From the NCBI RefSeq assembly GCF_009914755.1, contig NC_060947.1: DNA of 64,000 nucleotides. One strand, given 5' to 3'. A program made the position numbers and the translations under genes. The DNA is from the human T2T-CHM13v2.0 reference genome, Homo sapiens. Under the pieces are notes generated by a model. The model was given only the letters and a program-made list of their open reading frames with translations. It did no database searches and had not been told where the DNA came from. Positions 1 to 14,730 of this stretch are shown here, piece by piece (position 1 is the stretch's first letter; the number at the start of each line of letters is the position of its first letter).

Positions 1-391
1 AGTCATGGAGGTCAAGTATGTTGCTACAAATAAGCAAACTAACTGCCATCTAATAGGGAAGACTTTCCCTCTACTCAAATAGAGTGGTACTAGGATCTGC
101 AGCATGCCACACCATGTCTTTTACAATGGCTGAGAGGACAAAACTTAGTTAATACTATGGATACTAACTCTGCCCTACTGGATCCATATTAACCAGATGA
201 GTTCTCTGTGCCCATATTTCTCTAGATAGAACTCACAGCACCTCAGGTTTTGGAACCAAACCCTAGCCATGGACCTCAGATACAATAACTAGATCCTTGT
301 CTTATTCCATCTGTGCCAGTTTTCCCAAACCCCAATTCCTGTAGTGCCAAGCTCTTTTACTGCTCCCTCCCCCAACCTCAGTCTTCCTAGA

Positions 392-480
392 GCAGTGACA
401 GAAATGCTCTACATATATGTTATCCAATATGGTAGCCACTAACCATACATGGCTACCAAGCACTTGAAATGTGGCTGAAT
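392..480 (+). mobile_element. MER3/MER33-like hAT-Charlie DNA transposon fragment
   Basis: tccaatatggtagccactaaccatacatggctaccaagcacttgaaatgtggct resembles the MER3/MER33 core. Confidence 0.65.
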
Positions 481-619
481 TCCAACCCCTAACAAGCAAT
501 AATGAGAAGTCCTGCCCTCCAACTGTCAACAAGCAAGCAGACTTCTACTACCATCTGGCAGTAACAAGACAGCAACTCCCTTCCCCAGGAATTGGAGGTC
601 CTGGAGCTAGAGCAGTGCC

Positions 620-1860
620 AGAGAAAGCCAGATAAAACAGAAAGTTTAAATAAGATCCAAAGTCTCATGACATACCACAAAACGTATATATTTCTATAAA
701 AATCACTTATCATACCAATGACCAGAAAGATCTCAAACTGAATGAAAAAAGGCAATTGATAGGTGGCAAAACCAGGATGAAAGAGATATTAGAATTATCT
801 GACAAAGATTTTAAACCAGCCATCACAAAAATGTTTCAATAAGTAATTAGAAACACTCTTGTAACAAACGAAAAATAGAAAGTCTCATAAATATAATAAT
901 CAAAACATAAAAACTCAATGTATGGTCTCTACAACAGAATGAAGAAGATGGAGAAAAGAATCACTTAACTTGAAAATATAATGATAGAAACTATCTAGTC
1001 TGAACAACAGAGAAAAAATAGACGAGAAAAATGAACAGGCCTCGGGGACCTGTAGAACTACAAAAACAAGATCTAAGTTTTCTCTCATCAGAAGAAACCA
1101 TGAAGAATAGAAGGCAGGACAGAAACATTATTTGAAGGAATAATACTTGAAAACTTCCAAAACTTGGCAAAAGACATAAACCTTCAGACATAAGAAGCTT
1201 AGCATATACCAAACCAGATGAACCCAAAGAAATTTTGCCAAGGCACATCATAGTCAAACTTCTAAAGACTAAAGAAAAAAAAAAAAACCTTAAAAGCAGC
1301 AAGAGAGAAATGACACCCTAACTACAAGTGTAAAACAATTCAAATGAAAGCAGATTTCTCATCAGAACCCATGAAGACCAGAAAGAAATGGCACATTTTT
1401 CAAATGCTTTCAGGAAACAACAACAACCTGTCAACCAGGATTTCTACATCAGGTGAAAATATCCTTCAGGAATGAATGGGAAATCAATAAATTCTCAGAA
1501 GAAGGAAAACTAAGATAATTTGTTGCTAGCAAACCTGCATTAAAAGAATAAGTAAAGGAAGATCTCTAACAGAAAAAAAATGTAAAAGAAGAAATCTAGA
1601 AACCTCAGAAAGAAACAACAACAGAAAGAGTAAAAGGGTAAATATAATTGACTTTGCTTCTCCCATTGGGTTTCTCAATTATGTTTGAGGGTTGAAGCAA
1701 AAATTGTAGCATTGTCTAATGTAGTTCTAGATATATGTAGAGAAAGTAAGGCAATTATAAGTGGGGAAGGTTAAAGGAACTTAAAGAGGGGTAAGGTTTC
1801 TATAATTTACTCAAACAGGTAAAATGTTGATACTAGTAGACTATAATAAGTTATGTACTT
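620..1860 (+). mobile_element. Old L1M (L1MD/L1ME-type) ORF1-region fragment, degenerate
   Basis: A-rich, with ORF1-like motifs (tagaattatctgacaaagattttaaa; ccaaggcacatcatagtcaaact; gcagatttctcatcagaa); no open frame. Confidence 0.7.
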
Positions 1861-2019
1861 ACAGACACTTTGGAAAATAGATTTTCAGTTTCTGAAAAAA
1901 CTGCAAAATCAGTTTTTAGTTTAAAAAACTAAAACATACATTTACCATACAATGCAGCAATTGCACTCCTGGGAGCTTTTCCCAGAGAAATGAAAACTTA
2001 TGTTCACACAAAAATGCTA

Positions 2020-2369
<350 letters not shown>

Positions 2370-2800
2370 GCACCTGTATGCTAATGTTCATAGCAGTTTT
2401 ATTTGTAATAACCAAAAACTCCAGACAACCAAAATTTCTCCCTACAGGTGAATGATTAAATAAATTGTGATACACTAATACCATGTAATACTGTTCAACA
2501 GTAAAAAGAAATGAATTGTTAATGCCCAAAACAACTGGAATAGATCTCAGGGCATTACGCTGAGTGAAAAAAGCCAACCCCCAAAAGTCACATACTCAAT
2601 GATTCCATTTATATAAAAATCTTGAAATGATAAAACTTTAGATATGGAAAATATATTGGTGATTGCAAGTTTGATATGGCAAAGGAGTGGGGGTGAATTA
2701 CAAAGACTATAAAGGTGTAGCACAAAAGAGATCTCTAGCGGTGATGAAATAATATTTTATCTTGATTGTGATGGTGGATACACAAATATACATGTGTGCT

Positions 2801-2940
2801 GGCTGGGCACGCTGGCTTACACCTGTAATCCAAGCAATTTGGGAGGCCAAGGCAGGAGGATTTCTTGAGTCCAGGAGTTCAAGATCAGCCTGGGCAACAC
2901 AGTAAAACCATGTTTCTACAAAACTAAAAATAAATAAAAA
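2801..2940 (+). mobile_element. FLAM_C / free left Alu monomer
   Basis: Single left monomer plus A tail, flanked by near-identical acacaaatataca..tgtg TSDs. Confidence 0.85.
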
Positions 2941-3111
2941 ACACAAATATACACATGTGATAAAGTGATACAGAACTACACAGAACTATTATGCAAAATG
3001 TAACCATTGGGGCATTGGGAGAAGGATACACAGGGCCTCTCTGTCCTTGCAACTTCCAGTGATTCTATAATTATTCCAAAATAAAAAGTAACAACAAAAA
3101 AGTCAAGTCAC

Positions 3112-3660
3112 TGTGGTAGGCAGAATAAAGGCCTTCAAAGATGTTCACATCCTACTCCTAGAACCTGTGAATATGTTAGGTTACATGGCACAAGAGGAAT
3201 TAAAATTGCAGATAGAATTATGGTTGAAAATCAACAAATCTTGGGATGGAAATATTATCCCAGATTATCCATCCAGATAGACCAAATATAAGTAGAGGGG
3301 TCATTATAAACAGAAGAGGGAGGTAGAAGAGTGAGAGTCAGAAAAGGAAATGTAATGATGGAAGCAAGATTTAAGTGATGCAGTGTGAGGAAACAATCTC
3401 CCATCTCTGGCTTGAATATGGAAGGGGACCATGAGCTAAAAAATTCCAGCAGCCCCTAGAAGCCAGAAAAGCAAGAAAATGGAGTCTCCACCCAGAGACC
3501 CCAGAAATAAATATAGCCCTGCCTACACCTTGATTATAGCCTAGTCAGTGCCTAGTTCAGACAATCTCTGACCTTCAAAACTGTAGAAATATAAATTTGT
3601 TGTTTTAAACCACTAAGATTTTGGAAATTTGTTACAGCAACCATAGTAGAAAACTGCTAA
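3112..3660 (+). mobile_element. MLT1D-like MaLR solo LTR
   Basis: Starts tgtggtaggcagaataaaggcc...gaacctgtgaatatgtta; ends ttgttacagcaaccatag..aaact. Confidence 0.8.
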
Positions 3661-3996
3661 AGCTACCAAATAGGGGTTAAAAATCAACTCACTCAAAGAT
3701 GGACAGCTGGCTTTTTGCAGAGTACATTCAATTCATTAGTCAGAATCAACAACTCCATACTATAATTTTAAGGCAGTAGTCAATACATCACGGCTAATGA
3801 TATTTGCAATTCCACATCACCAATGATAGCAGTGATAGAAATGTTGCCTCAGAATCACAGGGAAACAATCACATTATTCCCTATTAAATGGGGCCTGCTA
3901 AACTAATGCAAGGATAAGAAAAGAAGCATTTTTGCCATAGGGGCTGGAAATCTTGTCTCAACCCAGCTAGAGATACCTATTTGCCAAGAAACTCCC

Positions 3997-4399
3997 TGAG
4001 GTTTGATTTGTCTCCTCCAAAACTCATTTTGAAATTTAATCCCTGATGTGGCAGTATTGAGAGGTGGAGCCTTTAAAAGGTGAATGGATTGATCCATTCA
4101 TGGATTAATGGATTAATAGGTTAATGGATAAATGGGTTATCACGGGAGTGGGACTGGTAGCTTTATAAGAAGAGGAAGAGAGAGACCTGAGCTAGCACAT
4201 TCAGCCCCCTTGCCATGTGATGCCATGGTACTGCTTCAGGACCCTACAGAGAATTCACCAGCAAGAAGGCCCTCACCAGATGCAGCCCCTCTACCTTGAA
4301 CTTTTCAGCCTCCATAACTTTAAGAAATAAATTCCTTTTCTTTATAAATTACTCAGTTTCAGGCATTCCATTAAAAGCAACAGGAAACAGACTAAGACA
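3997..4399 (+). mobile_element. MSTD/MSTC-like MaLR solo LTR
   Basis: atggattaatggattaataggttaatgg repeat; ends aaacagactaagaca. Confidence 0.78.
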
Positions 4400-4730
4400 T
4401 TTACCAAGGGGTAGAACATAGAAACAATAGAAGAATGCATTGAATTAGGAAAATAGGGGGGTAAATTCATGCAGATGGTAAAAAGACCCAGCCAGGAGCA
4501 AAGCTAATTCCCTATGAGACAGAAAAATTCATTTTATTCTTTTATCTGTCCCCAATATCTCAGGGCTTAGCACAGAGTAGATGTTCAATAAGTGTTTGCT
4601 GAATTGAATCAGTAATTATCATTAATGGACCCCTCCAGTCTTAGGGTTCTATTAACCCACATGCTCTACAGTATTCTAAACTACCAAGACAACAAGCAAT
4701 AAACATTTATTCATGAATCTGAATACCACT

Positions 4731-5109
4731 TGATATGGTTTGGATTTGTGTCCCTGCCCAAATCCCATGTTGAATTGTAATCCCCAATGTTGGAGGACAG
4801 GCCTGGTGGGAGGTAGTTGGGTCATGGGGGGCAGATTTCCCCCTTGCTGTTCTCATGATAGTGAGTGAGTTCTCATGAGCTCTGGTTGTTTAAAAGTGTG
4901 TAGCACCACCTCCTTTGGTCTCTTCCTCCTGCTCTGGCCATGTAAGACATGCCTGCTTCCACTTCTGCCATAATTGAAAGTTTCCTGAAGCCTACCCAGC
5001 CATGCTTCTTGTACAGCCTGTGGGACCATGAGCCAATTAAACCTCTTTTCTTTGTAAATTACCTAGTTTCAGTTATTTCTTTATAGCAGTATGAGAACAG
5101 ACTAATATA
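4731..5109 (+). mobile_element. MSTA-like MaLR solo LTR
   Basis: tgatatggtttgg...ttatagcagtatgagaacagactaata; 5-bp TSD ccact/ccacc. Confidence 0.85.
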
Positions 5110-7270
5110 CCACCTATTACTACCATCCCAACTGCAAGGCGCAGATGTGGCATATATTTGTGTTTGCAGAGCTTAAGGAACTTTGCCTTTAATATATGAT
5201 GTTAGATATCCAGGATGAAATACATTAACTCTCTCCAAGATGTCTAATACTCCAAAAAGCTCATGTGTCTCAAGGTCCCCATGAAGGTGTCTAGACACCA
5301 TCTCCCTCTCTGACTCCATCACCATACCTAATGATTGGTGCTAGAAAGAGTTCCCCACATTTGTCAGAACCTTGGCTAAGAGAAATATATAGAGTGAGAG
5401 AAACAGATGAAACAGAGAGAGGTAGAGGCAGATGAAATGTGAGTGAGCTTTTATGGAATATATTTTATATATTAATGATGAACTTGTGTGTGGGGTGTGT
5501 GAAAGCTGAACAGGCATTTTGAAGAATCAGAGAGTTGACAAGTCAATAATTTGGGGAAACTAGTCTTGACGTTTTTGGTGAGAATGGTAATGTAAAAGTG
5601 AGTGCTAAGTGGCTCTTCTTCATAATAAAAAAATGTCTGTGAAGGCTAATCAGAAAAATGCTTGTACGGTAGCTGAGGGATGTGGCCCATAAATATACTA
5701 ATAACATGTTTTTTGAGAGAGACATTTAATGGCTTCCATTTCAAGCTACCATGACCATGACAGCCATACAACAAGAATTCTGTAACAGCTAGGGAAAGGC
5801 CAGCACGGAGGTTTAAACTCACAATATATGGCTGGACTTCCTGAAAATGTATGCAAGTGTTACATGTGTAAATATGCACTTTTCTGAAGAGAGTATCCTT
5901 GGCATTCACTGAATTTTCACAGGGGTTCATGCCAAGGTTAGGGACTATTGGCTAGATGGTGATGACCCACTTTTTCTACTTCCCTACTTAGTAAAACAGC
6001 ACATCTTCAGGATGTGTTCCAGTTATTTAGTAACTAAAGACAAAGCATGTTCCTATTCAAGCAATTTGCTGAGATCTAGTCTCTGGGTTAATAAATCATA
6101 TGCATGTCTGGAATAACATGACAAATATTGGGGAGGAAGGCATAAAGAATTTAGTGGCACAACAAAATTTGGATTACTCACCTAGGCAGGAAAGAAAAAA
6201 TAGCTATTGACATTTTGACTCAAACAAAAAAATCCATTTGTGGATTTCACTTTTCGGGTCACCCCCTGCCACTCTACCAGGCTCTGGACAATCTCCAAAC
6301 ACTAGATATGAGCTGAAATATAATCATGAAATGTGGACTCATCCTAACATTGAACTAAATGAAGCTCAATTAAGAAGAGGAAGCCTGAAAATGTTTGCAG
6401 AAGCAACTCTAAATGGCTCCATTTTTTTTCTTGTCTGCATTATTTCTTTTTCCATGGCAGGCCAGATTTGGCCTGTGGGCCATAGTTTCTTTTAACTCCT
6501 GCCCTAGATCGATGAAAGCCAATCATGGATACTGGGAGGAATGAGAGGTAGTTGAAAAGATCATCGTGTCCATTATGGAAAAGGCAAATTGAAAAACTAT
6601 ATACATAAGAGTAATGACCACATACAAACTATTTGAAATAGAAAGTTGCCTGTGCACTTCTCAAACCTATTCTGAAAAGAATTAACACTTCTCTTGGTGC
6701 TATGCCCTTGTATCTCACAAATACCATGGTCAGGATGTTGCTTCTAAACCTAAGTTTCTCCTGATAAACTTTAAACTTATTAATTCTTACCAGTCTTTCA
6801 TGAAAGTTAGAGCAGCCATTTTCCAGCATGCAGACATCACCTCTTTATGTGCATGTGTATGTGCAAATACAAACAGGCATTTAGGAGAGATGCCTTTGGA
6901 GCCAATAATCCAATTCTGTTGAGCCGAAACCCTGAATCATTTCAGGGGTTCTTCTCCAGAAAGATCTCTTAACTAGGAAAAAGATAGGTTGAGCTGGGTT
7001 AGGGGACTATAATGTCTCCAAAGCTCATTATACCCTCAAGTTTTGCAAATATAATCACCTCCCCAAATTGAGAATCATGGTTTCTTTCAAAGGTGGCTTA
7101 TACTAAGGTGATCACAAAATTCTTTTCCAAACTGGGACATTTTTGAGGGTAAAATAAGTATGCTGGAGCAACAGGCATAAACCACAACATATGGTCACTC
7201 TACTTATAGTCCTCCATAGAGGAAATGTTTTAACTTCCCCTAAATAAAATGAATTGCTACACCTGTTCTT

Positions 7271-8460
<1,190 letters not shown>

Positions 8461-9981
8461 TTAGCACTCAGGCCCAAGGTATAATTAATCTTGGTCTCAA
8501 ACCTCTAAACCCCTTCAGAGTAAACATCAGGAGGAACTTCTTGTTTAAGCTAGTGGTATAACACTTAAAATGGGCTACTGAGGGTGAGAAGCTGAAAATT
8601 TTTTTAATGGGGCTTGAGGGTGCTAGAGAAAACAGTAGATAATTGTTTACATCAAAATTATCACACTGGGGATAAATAAGATGACATATTGAAGTGCTCT
8701 TTGGAAAAGTAATAATTGTGTACATAGTATTAATAGTTGGTCATGAAGACTTCAGCTTCTTTTCCACCAGAGAAGATGGTAGGGAAAGAAATCAGATCAT
8801 AGTGCTTACCTGCAGAAAAAGACCAAAATGAGCACGTTCCCTAGCAGAGGCCTGTGAATCACTGTGGGCAATGAGGGACTGAAGGGAACAGAGACAATGA
8901 AGGTCCTCACGCCTACCTGTAGCTGGTCCATAAAAGACTCTATCATCACTAAAAGGCAGCTTTCCCCAACCCTCCACTTTCCCAACTGACGACACCCCAG
9001 ACCAGATTTCCCCAAGGTTGTGATGTACTTACAAACAGAGCCACTTGTTGTTTGAGAAGACACGAATGTTCACCTCTGCCTAAAAAGAAATTTTCTGGGC
9101 AAGAGAAAAGGTGTGAACTTAAAGGTAGCTCCAAGTGATGCAAACTTGTCTGGTGCTCTTTGTTTTTGTTTTTGTTTTTCTAATTCTTATGGGTACGTAG
9201 TAGGTGTATATATTCTTTGTTTTGTTTTCAAGCAGCCCTGGAGAAGTGCCATAGAGAACGTAACAAGTGCTTTGTGTCTGACCCTATGACCTTGGGTTTG
9301 AAAAGGTGCTCTGGTGGAGAAACTGTCCATTAGGGAGCTGGTGGCCAACTTTTCAGAGGAAGTAAAAGAAAAAAAAAATGAATAATGTCCAAACCAAAAA
9401 TCTCTTAAGATGGGAAAAACAAGGAAGCCAAATGACCTACTCCTTAGTCAATCATTCCCCTTCCCTTTCATCCACTTTGGCCCTTTTCTCCTTTTGCTTA
9501 CTCCTACCGGGAACACTTATATATGTGCCATCAGATAAAAGATTAAAGATAATGTAACAGTCGAATGCCATTTAGAATCTATTTTTCTCCCCTTACTAAG
9601 GGATATACAGAAGAAAAAATATTATTTACTAGAACTGGATTTAGGAACAGAGAAACTGCAACCAATGCTTCTCTGGATAGGCCAGTCCTTCTCCTATGCA
9701 AATACACTATGGTGGTCCGTGAGACGAGGACCTCCATAGTGACCGTGTCCAGGATCCATGAACCCATCTTTGTGTGCTCCAACACTTAGCACTTTTCTCA
9801 TCTTCTCCCACCTCCTAAACACAGGCAACACCACCTCACCTTTAGTTCTCTCTGCTCACCAGGTAGCTTACAGGTAACCAGAAGATTGTGGAAAAAAGAA
9901 AAAGAGGGAAAAGGGACAGACTTGAAGTAAAACAGAAAGTGGCAGTACTGCAGTTGTTTGACTTTGGCAACAGGGTGTTAT

Positions 9982-9983
<2 letters not shown>

Positions 9984-10014
<31 letters not shown>
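9984..10014. repeat. (GT)n microsatellite, ~15 units
   Basis: Directly visible. Confidence 0.97.
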
Positions 10015-10017
<3 letters not shown>

Positions 10018-12662
10018 AAGCACTGATGCATCAAAGATTTATTCACTGAACAGGTTGATTTATTTAACAGACTTGACATATGTCAAATTCTGCCATGTAC
10101 TTACATAATTGTTACCAATTTATCAGAGCTGTTATTTAGGCAAATATTTGCTTTAAAAATATTTTCCTTTAAATGACTTTCTCTAGCTTACTGCACAATC
10201 AATCCGTGGTTCATTTAAATTATGTTATGTTAACAATAGCTATTTGGTGAAGGTCTCTCAAATCTAATCTTCCCGGAGCCATTTCATCTCTACTCAAACT
10301 CTATCCCTCTTTTTTCCTAGTAATAAATTTCTGGCTAAAATCACACCATAGGGAAAACTTTAAATATATGTACAATGTATTTTTATGTCATGGTATTTTA
10401 CACTTACGATTTACAAAAAAAAGCAGTTTATCAGTATATTGTTAAAATCACAGATCTGAATGCTGTTAACCTTAAAAACTGTCTAAAAGGAAAAAAGCAT
10501 GTGTTTTTGTATGAGTTTATGTCTGGGGGGGCCAGTTGGGACAGCCAGGTAGAGAATTCATCAGAATAAGAGAAAGTAAATAGAGAAATTTCAAGTCTTA
10601 CAAATTTTGTTCAATCACCCTACCCCATGTGCACCAAAAAATTATATTTTTTTAACTAGCATGCATGCAATCTATCTAGATTTTCGGGGAGGTGAAATAT
10701 TGGAAAGTATTTCTAAGAGACAAAAATGTCTAATCACTAGCCACCAGGGCTAGTTTCAGTTCCTCTATTGTAAATACGCTATTTGCAAAAACAAGAAGCT
10801 CATTTTTGACCTCCCAGGTTACGCAGTGTGGGGACTATGAAAGACATGGAGGAAGAAAGGGAAATACCACCACCACACAGTAAATTTTTGACCTAGTAAG
10901 CAAATACGTTTTTGTTGTTACTGCTGGGTAAAATGTATGTCTTCCAGAAATTAGACACTGTAATAAAAATGTACCAGCCCAAATTTAAATTGCTCACTAG
11001 ACAGATGGTTAATTATATTCACAGCCACATATTTCACTGGGATAGAGTTTCAGACACTCAGCCAGTTTTATTTGATTAGCCGGTTTCCCAGTTAATATGT
11101 AAAATGACAGTTACTTAGGACTTTTTTGTTCCCTTCTAAAAATATTTTTTCAATAAGTGTAAATTCTCCTCAGCCATAAGAACGTCACTGCTGTAAATAA
11201 AACGTTTGGTCATATGTTACCTCATGTGTAAAAGATGTAAGGGAGATTCACCCCTCCAAAACACAAATGGTCGTAAGGAGTTCAGAGAAGACCATTACAG
11301 CACCTTTTCTCACCAAGCAAAATATTCCAGGAACTCCTCCACCAAAAACAACCAAGGATATATTCAAATCCCGGGATTAAAGTGCTTTAGACATTTTTAA
11401 AAACAGCCCTGCCAGCCCTACAACACAAATCATGTCTTTTCAGATAACAGTCTAGAAAATGCAACATTAGAAAAAGGCCACATATCTAAATGTAGTGCTG
11501 TGCACAGCATTCAACAATATGCTGGGAGCCAAGATCCAGAAGCAAAATATGAGACCCACTTATTCCAAAATGCAACCAGAAGCTTGATAAAAATCAAGAG
11601 TGCTGTTGTCGAAATGGGGATGCCAATTTTTTTTTAACTTCGAAAAAGACAGAAAACCTTGCGCGGGTGATTCGGTCCCTCACGAATCAGACAGACAGAA
11701 GCAGTCATGCTGAAATCGCTGAATTCCTCAGCGGAACGGCGCCAACTCAGCAGCGCGGTTTCCACACTTTCCCGGAGCGGGACTCCGCTCCCCGCGCCGG
11801 CTCACGGCCTTCCCGCCCTACAGGGTGTACAAGACGCGAGCCGACGTGTGCTGCGGGGCGCGGCAGAGAGAAGCGCCAGAAGCCACACAGAAAAGCGTCA
11901 ATTCGACCGCCACCGAGAGCGCGAAGGGGCCACAAGCCAATTTCCGCAAAGGAGATGAGCTGGGCGAGGCTCGGTCTGGCCTCCAACTTAAACCTGTCCG
12001 CAGCCTCGGCCGAGTGGCGCGTGTCCTGGGGGCGCTCTGTGGTCGCCACGGCCGCCCGGCTTCGCACCTTTGCGGCTTTGGTCCGAGCGCCCGGCCTCGG
12101 CCGCCGCGTGGGTTTTCCCGCTCTCGCCGAAGCGTGCCATGCCCATGCCCCATTCCCTGGCCAGGCTCTACCCTGCACCAGTCCGAAAGGAGGCGGCACT
12201 CTGCCGAGCTGCGTGCGTGTAAGCGCGGCGGCTCCGGTCCGCTCGCTTCCCCTCCCCCCGCAACCCCCTTCCTACGGCGCAAGCACAGAGGCCTTTCCTA
12301 GATTGCAGTGCCTGTCAGGGCGAGCCGGGATCTCTCGCCCTAGCGGCCTCGCTCCCTCATACACAGACACACACATTCGCATACAGACGTCCTCCGTTCC
12401 GTTTTCCCTTCCTTCTCGTCTAGCTCGACTTACCCCAGTTCATTCCACCCCCTGCGGCCGCCACCCCGAGCCAGCCGGGGAGCCGGCGAGAAGGCCAGGA
12501 AGCTGTATGGCAGCGCTCCTACTCACCTCACAGGCCGACTCCCGAGGCGCACGTCGCTGGCGGGCTCAGGCAGCAGGCGCTGTAGCTAGCGCGGTCGCAG
12601 TCAAGGCTGGGCTGTCGCCGTCGCCGCAGCTGTTCGAGCTGCCTTAGCCGCCACCGCCGCTG

Positions 12663-12704
12663 CTACTGCTGCCGCCGCCGCCGCCGCCTCTGCCTCAGCT
12701 CCAT
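12663..12704 (-). other. uORF MELRQRRRRRRQQ* in the putative 5'UTR
   Basis: ATG GAG CTG AGG CAG AGG (CGG)5 CAG CAG TAG; context cgtATGG. Confidence 0.6.
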
Positions 12705-13009
12705 ACGCTGGGCCCGCCAGGTGGACGCGCCTCTCTCCTCGCTCGCTCCCTCAGGCTCCGCCGCCGCCGCGCTAGATGGAGTCAGAGCTGTCGGGCTCTG
12801 GCCCTGAAACTCAGAGCCTCCGCGGCTGCCCGGCTGCTCCAAGGGTCCGTGCTTCGCTTACACTGTCGCTCGCCCCGGCTGGAGCTACCTAGCGAGCGGG
12901 CTGCGCGCTCGGCGCCTGGAGCCCGCTCTGTGCGGTGGCTGCGGCCGTCCGCGAGAGGGAGAGAGGAGGGCGGCTGCTACTGTCGCTATAGCTGTTAAAG
13001 CTATTGCTA

Positions 13010-13090
13010 AATGCTGCTACTGCCGCTAATGCTACTGCTGTGGCGGCGGTGGTGGCGGCGGCGGCTGCTGCTGCTGCTGCTGATGCTACT
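13010..13090. repeat. Compound trinucleotide repeat (GGC/GGT)n(GCT)n, read as CAG/CCG in the transcript
   Basis: ggcggcggtggtggcggcggcggctgctgctgctgctgctgatgctact. Confidence 0.92.
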
Positions 13091-13122
13091 GGTTTTCCTT
13101 CCCAGGTTCTTCCCCTGCCTCG

Positions 13123-13200
13123 TCCCCCCTCCTCCCCCTTCCTCCTCCTCCTCCTACTCCTCCTCCTCCTTCTCTTCCTCCTCCCTCTTCTCCTCCCTCT
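13123..13200. repeat. (CCT)n polypyrimidine/polypurine tract in the promoter
   Basis: ~78 bp almost purely C/T. Confidence 0.9.
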
Positions 13201-14569
13201 GCCGCTTTTCTCAGAGCCTCTGCAGGCACTGCCTGGTCCCCTCTTCTCCCGGAGCTGTCTCTGCCCATTCAGAAAGGTGCCCAGAGTGGGGCCGCCTCTG
13301 CTGCCACCATCGCTGTTGCCCCTGCCATTGTTTCCTCCAACACGGCTGTTCTTGCTGGACGCCTTCCCCCCTCTACCCTTCTTCCCCACCACAGCTCTCC
13401 CTTTCCCTCCCGCTCTCCTTACCCTCTCTATGGTCCCTTCCTTATGTGCCCCCCCAACTCTGTCCGTCTGTCCTTCCCTCCCCTCGGGCGCCCGGGAGCG
13501 CGCACTGCGCGGCCACCTGTCATAAAGGGCGCGCACCCCCCTTCCCCATTCCCACCCCGCCCCCCACTCGCGTTCCTGCTGCCCTTCCAGTCCACTACGC
13601 CAGTGGTGCGTTCTTCCCCTGGCAGACACGCAACCGGACACCACTCTCCCATGCCTTTTAGGGCAGTTGTGTGTGCGGAGAGGGGCACTCTGAAGTTTGG
13701 GGAAGAATATTTGAATGGTTTCATCCACCAAGCATCTAACCATTCAACCTTTACCTACTCTTAACTTAAGGGCCTGGGCCCCCAGGAAGGTGGGTCCTTT
13801 TTGAAGGGTTGGATGAAGGCAGACAATTGGGGAGTGACGTTTGGGGAATAAAGGAAAGAAGGGAAGCTGAATATGGCCAGGAAGGAAAACAGATCTGCCT
13901 GATGGCTGTCATTGAAAAATCTCTTAGGTGGTCATTTTCCTTCAGACGTCCTGGGAACTCAACAGGAAACAGCAAAACGATTGGAGAGCAACTCAGGAGG
14001 GACCATTTAGTACTTCTGGAGTCCTGGGTGCAAGGTTGAGGCCTGAGCCTCGGGAGATTTGTCACCACTAGGAGCCAAGGCAAGAGATGAAAAGGTTGGT
14101 ACTAGAACAGAAGGGGTAAAAGTAGCTACTTTGTGTGCACTTGCTCCAACATCATTGCCAAAGCACAGCTTCTCCAGTCAGGCAGGGCCTCATTTCAGAT
14201 TTCTTTGCTGCCACAGCTACAGCGTCATTTTGCTACGAGGGCTCAGGCTTTGAGATCTGATGTGTGCAACTTCTCACCATCACCTGTCACACAATCCCTC
14301 CCCAGAAACAGTGCAGAGGCGGGGGTATATTTTCTTTTCCCTGGCAAAGTACAGGAGATAAATGTTCCAGATATCCCATTGACAATAAGGTCTGGGTCAC
14401 TTTACCAAGTTTGAGGCGCTCTACCATGGGTCTTTCATTCCTGGACAATAAACTGTCTGTATGGCTTTTACAACTCCCCATCTCTGTGCCTTTGTTTCTG
14501 TCATCCCACTTGCTTGAAACACTCTTGTTATTTCTCCCTCTCATTTTATATCTATGAAACTCATCCATA

Positions 14570-14730
14570 AATAATAGCTCATCCTGAAATAATTATACTT
14601 ATTGGGTCCTTACTATGTGCCAGACACTGTGCTAAGCAATTTACATGAATTATTTAATCTTCACAACAAACACAATTTTACTATCTCCATTTTACAAATG
14701 AGAAAATCGAGTCACAAGGAAGTTAGGTAT
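14570..14730 (-). mobile_element. MIR SINE
   Basis: actatgtgccagacactgtgctaagc...ccattttacaaatgagaaaatcgag. Confidence 0.75.

Larger units (their letters stand above)
12527..13100 (-). other. NEXMIF: Non-coding first exon (5'UTR) of a minus-strand gene, tentatively NEXMIF (KIAA2022); TSS approximate
   Basis: Strong donor GAG|GTGAGT (plus strand actcac|ctc at 12521-12529) inside the CpG island; CAG/CCG-rich leader with only one ATG. Gene name is from recollection of the NEXMIF 5'UTR and its X-linked L1-rich context, not database-verified. Confidence 0.5.
11640..13680. promoter_or_regulatory. CpG island / TATA-less promoter spanning exon 1 and the start of intron 1
   Basis: Sharp rise in GC and CpG content relative to the CpG-depleted flanks; GC box ccccgccccc ~13555-13565. 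Confidence 0.95.

Noticed and set aside
9160-9215. Possible ~35-bp L1MA 3'-terminal stub
   Set aside because: Too short to call with confidence.
11667-12647. 326-aa plus-strand ORF and overlapping 150-158-aa ORFs
   Set aside because: GC-rich CpG-island frames with few stop codons; Arg/Pro/Ala-rich, no recognisable domain, and open on both strands.
12713-12728. CTCF-like ccgccaggtggacgc (and ccactaggagcc at ~14066)
   Set aside because: Mismatches at key motif positions; such partial matches are expected by chance.
12889-13743. 284/216/173-aa ORFs with poly-Ala, poly-Leu, poly-Ser and poly-Arg runs
   Set aside because: These are translations of the triplet and (CCT)n repeats; the apparent signal or transmembrane stretch is a repeat artefact.
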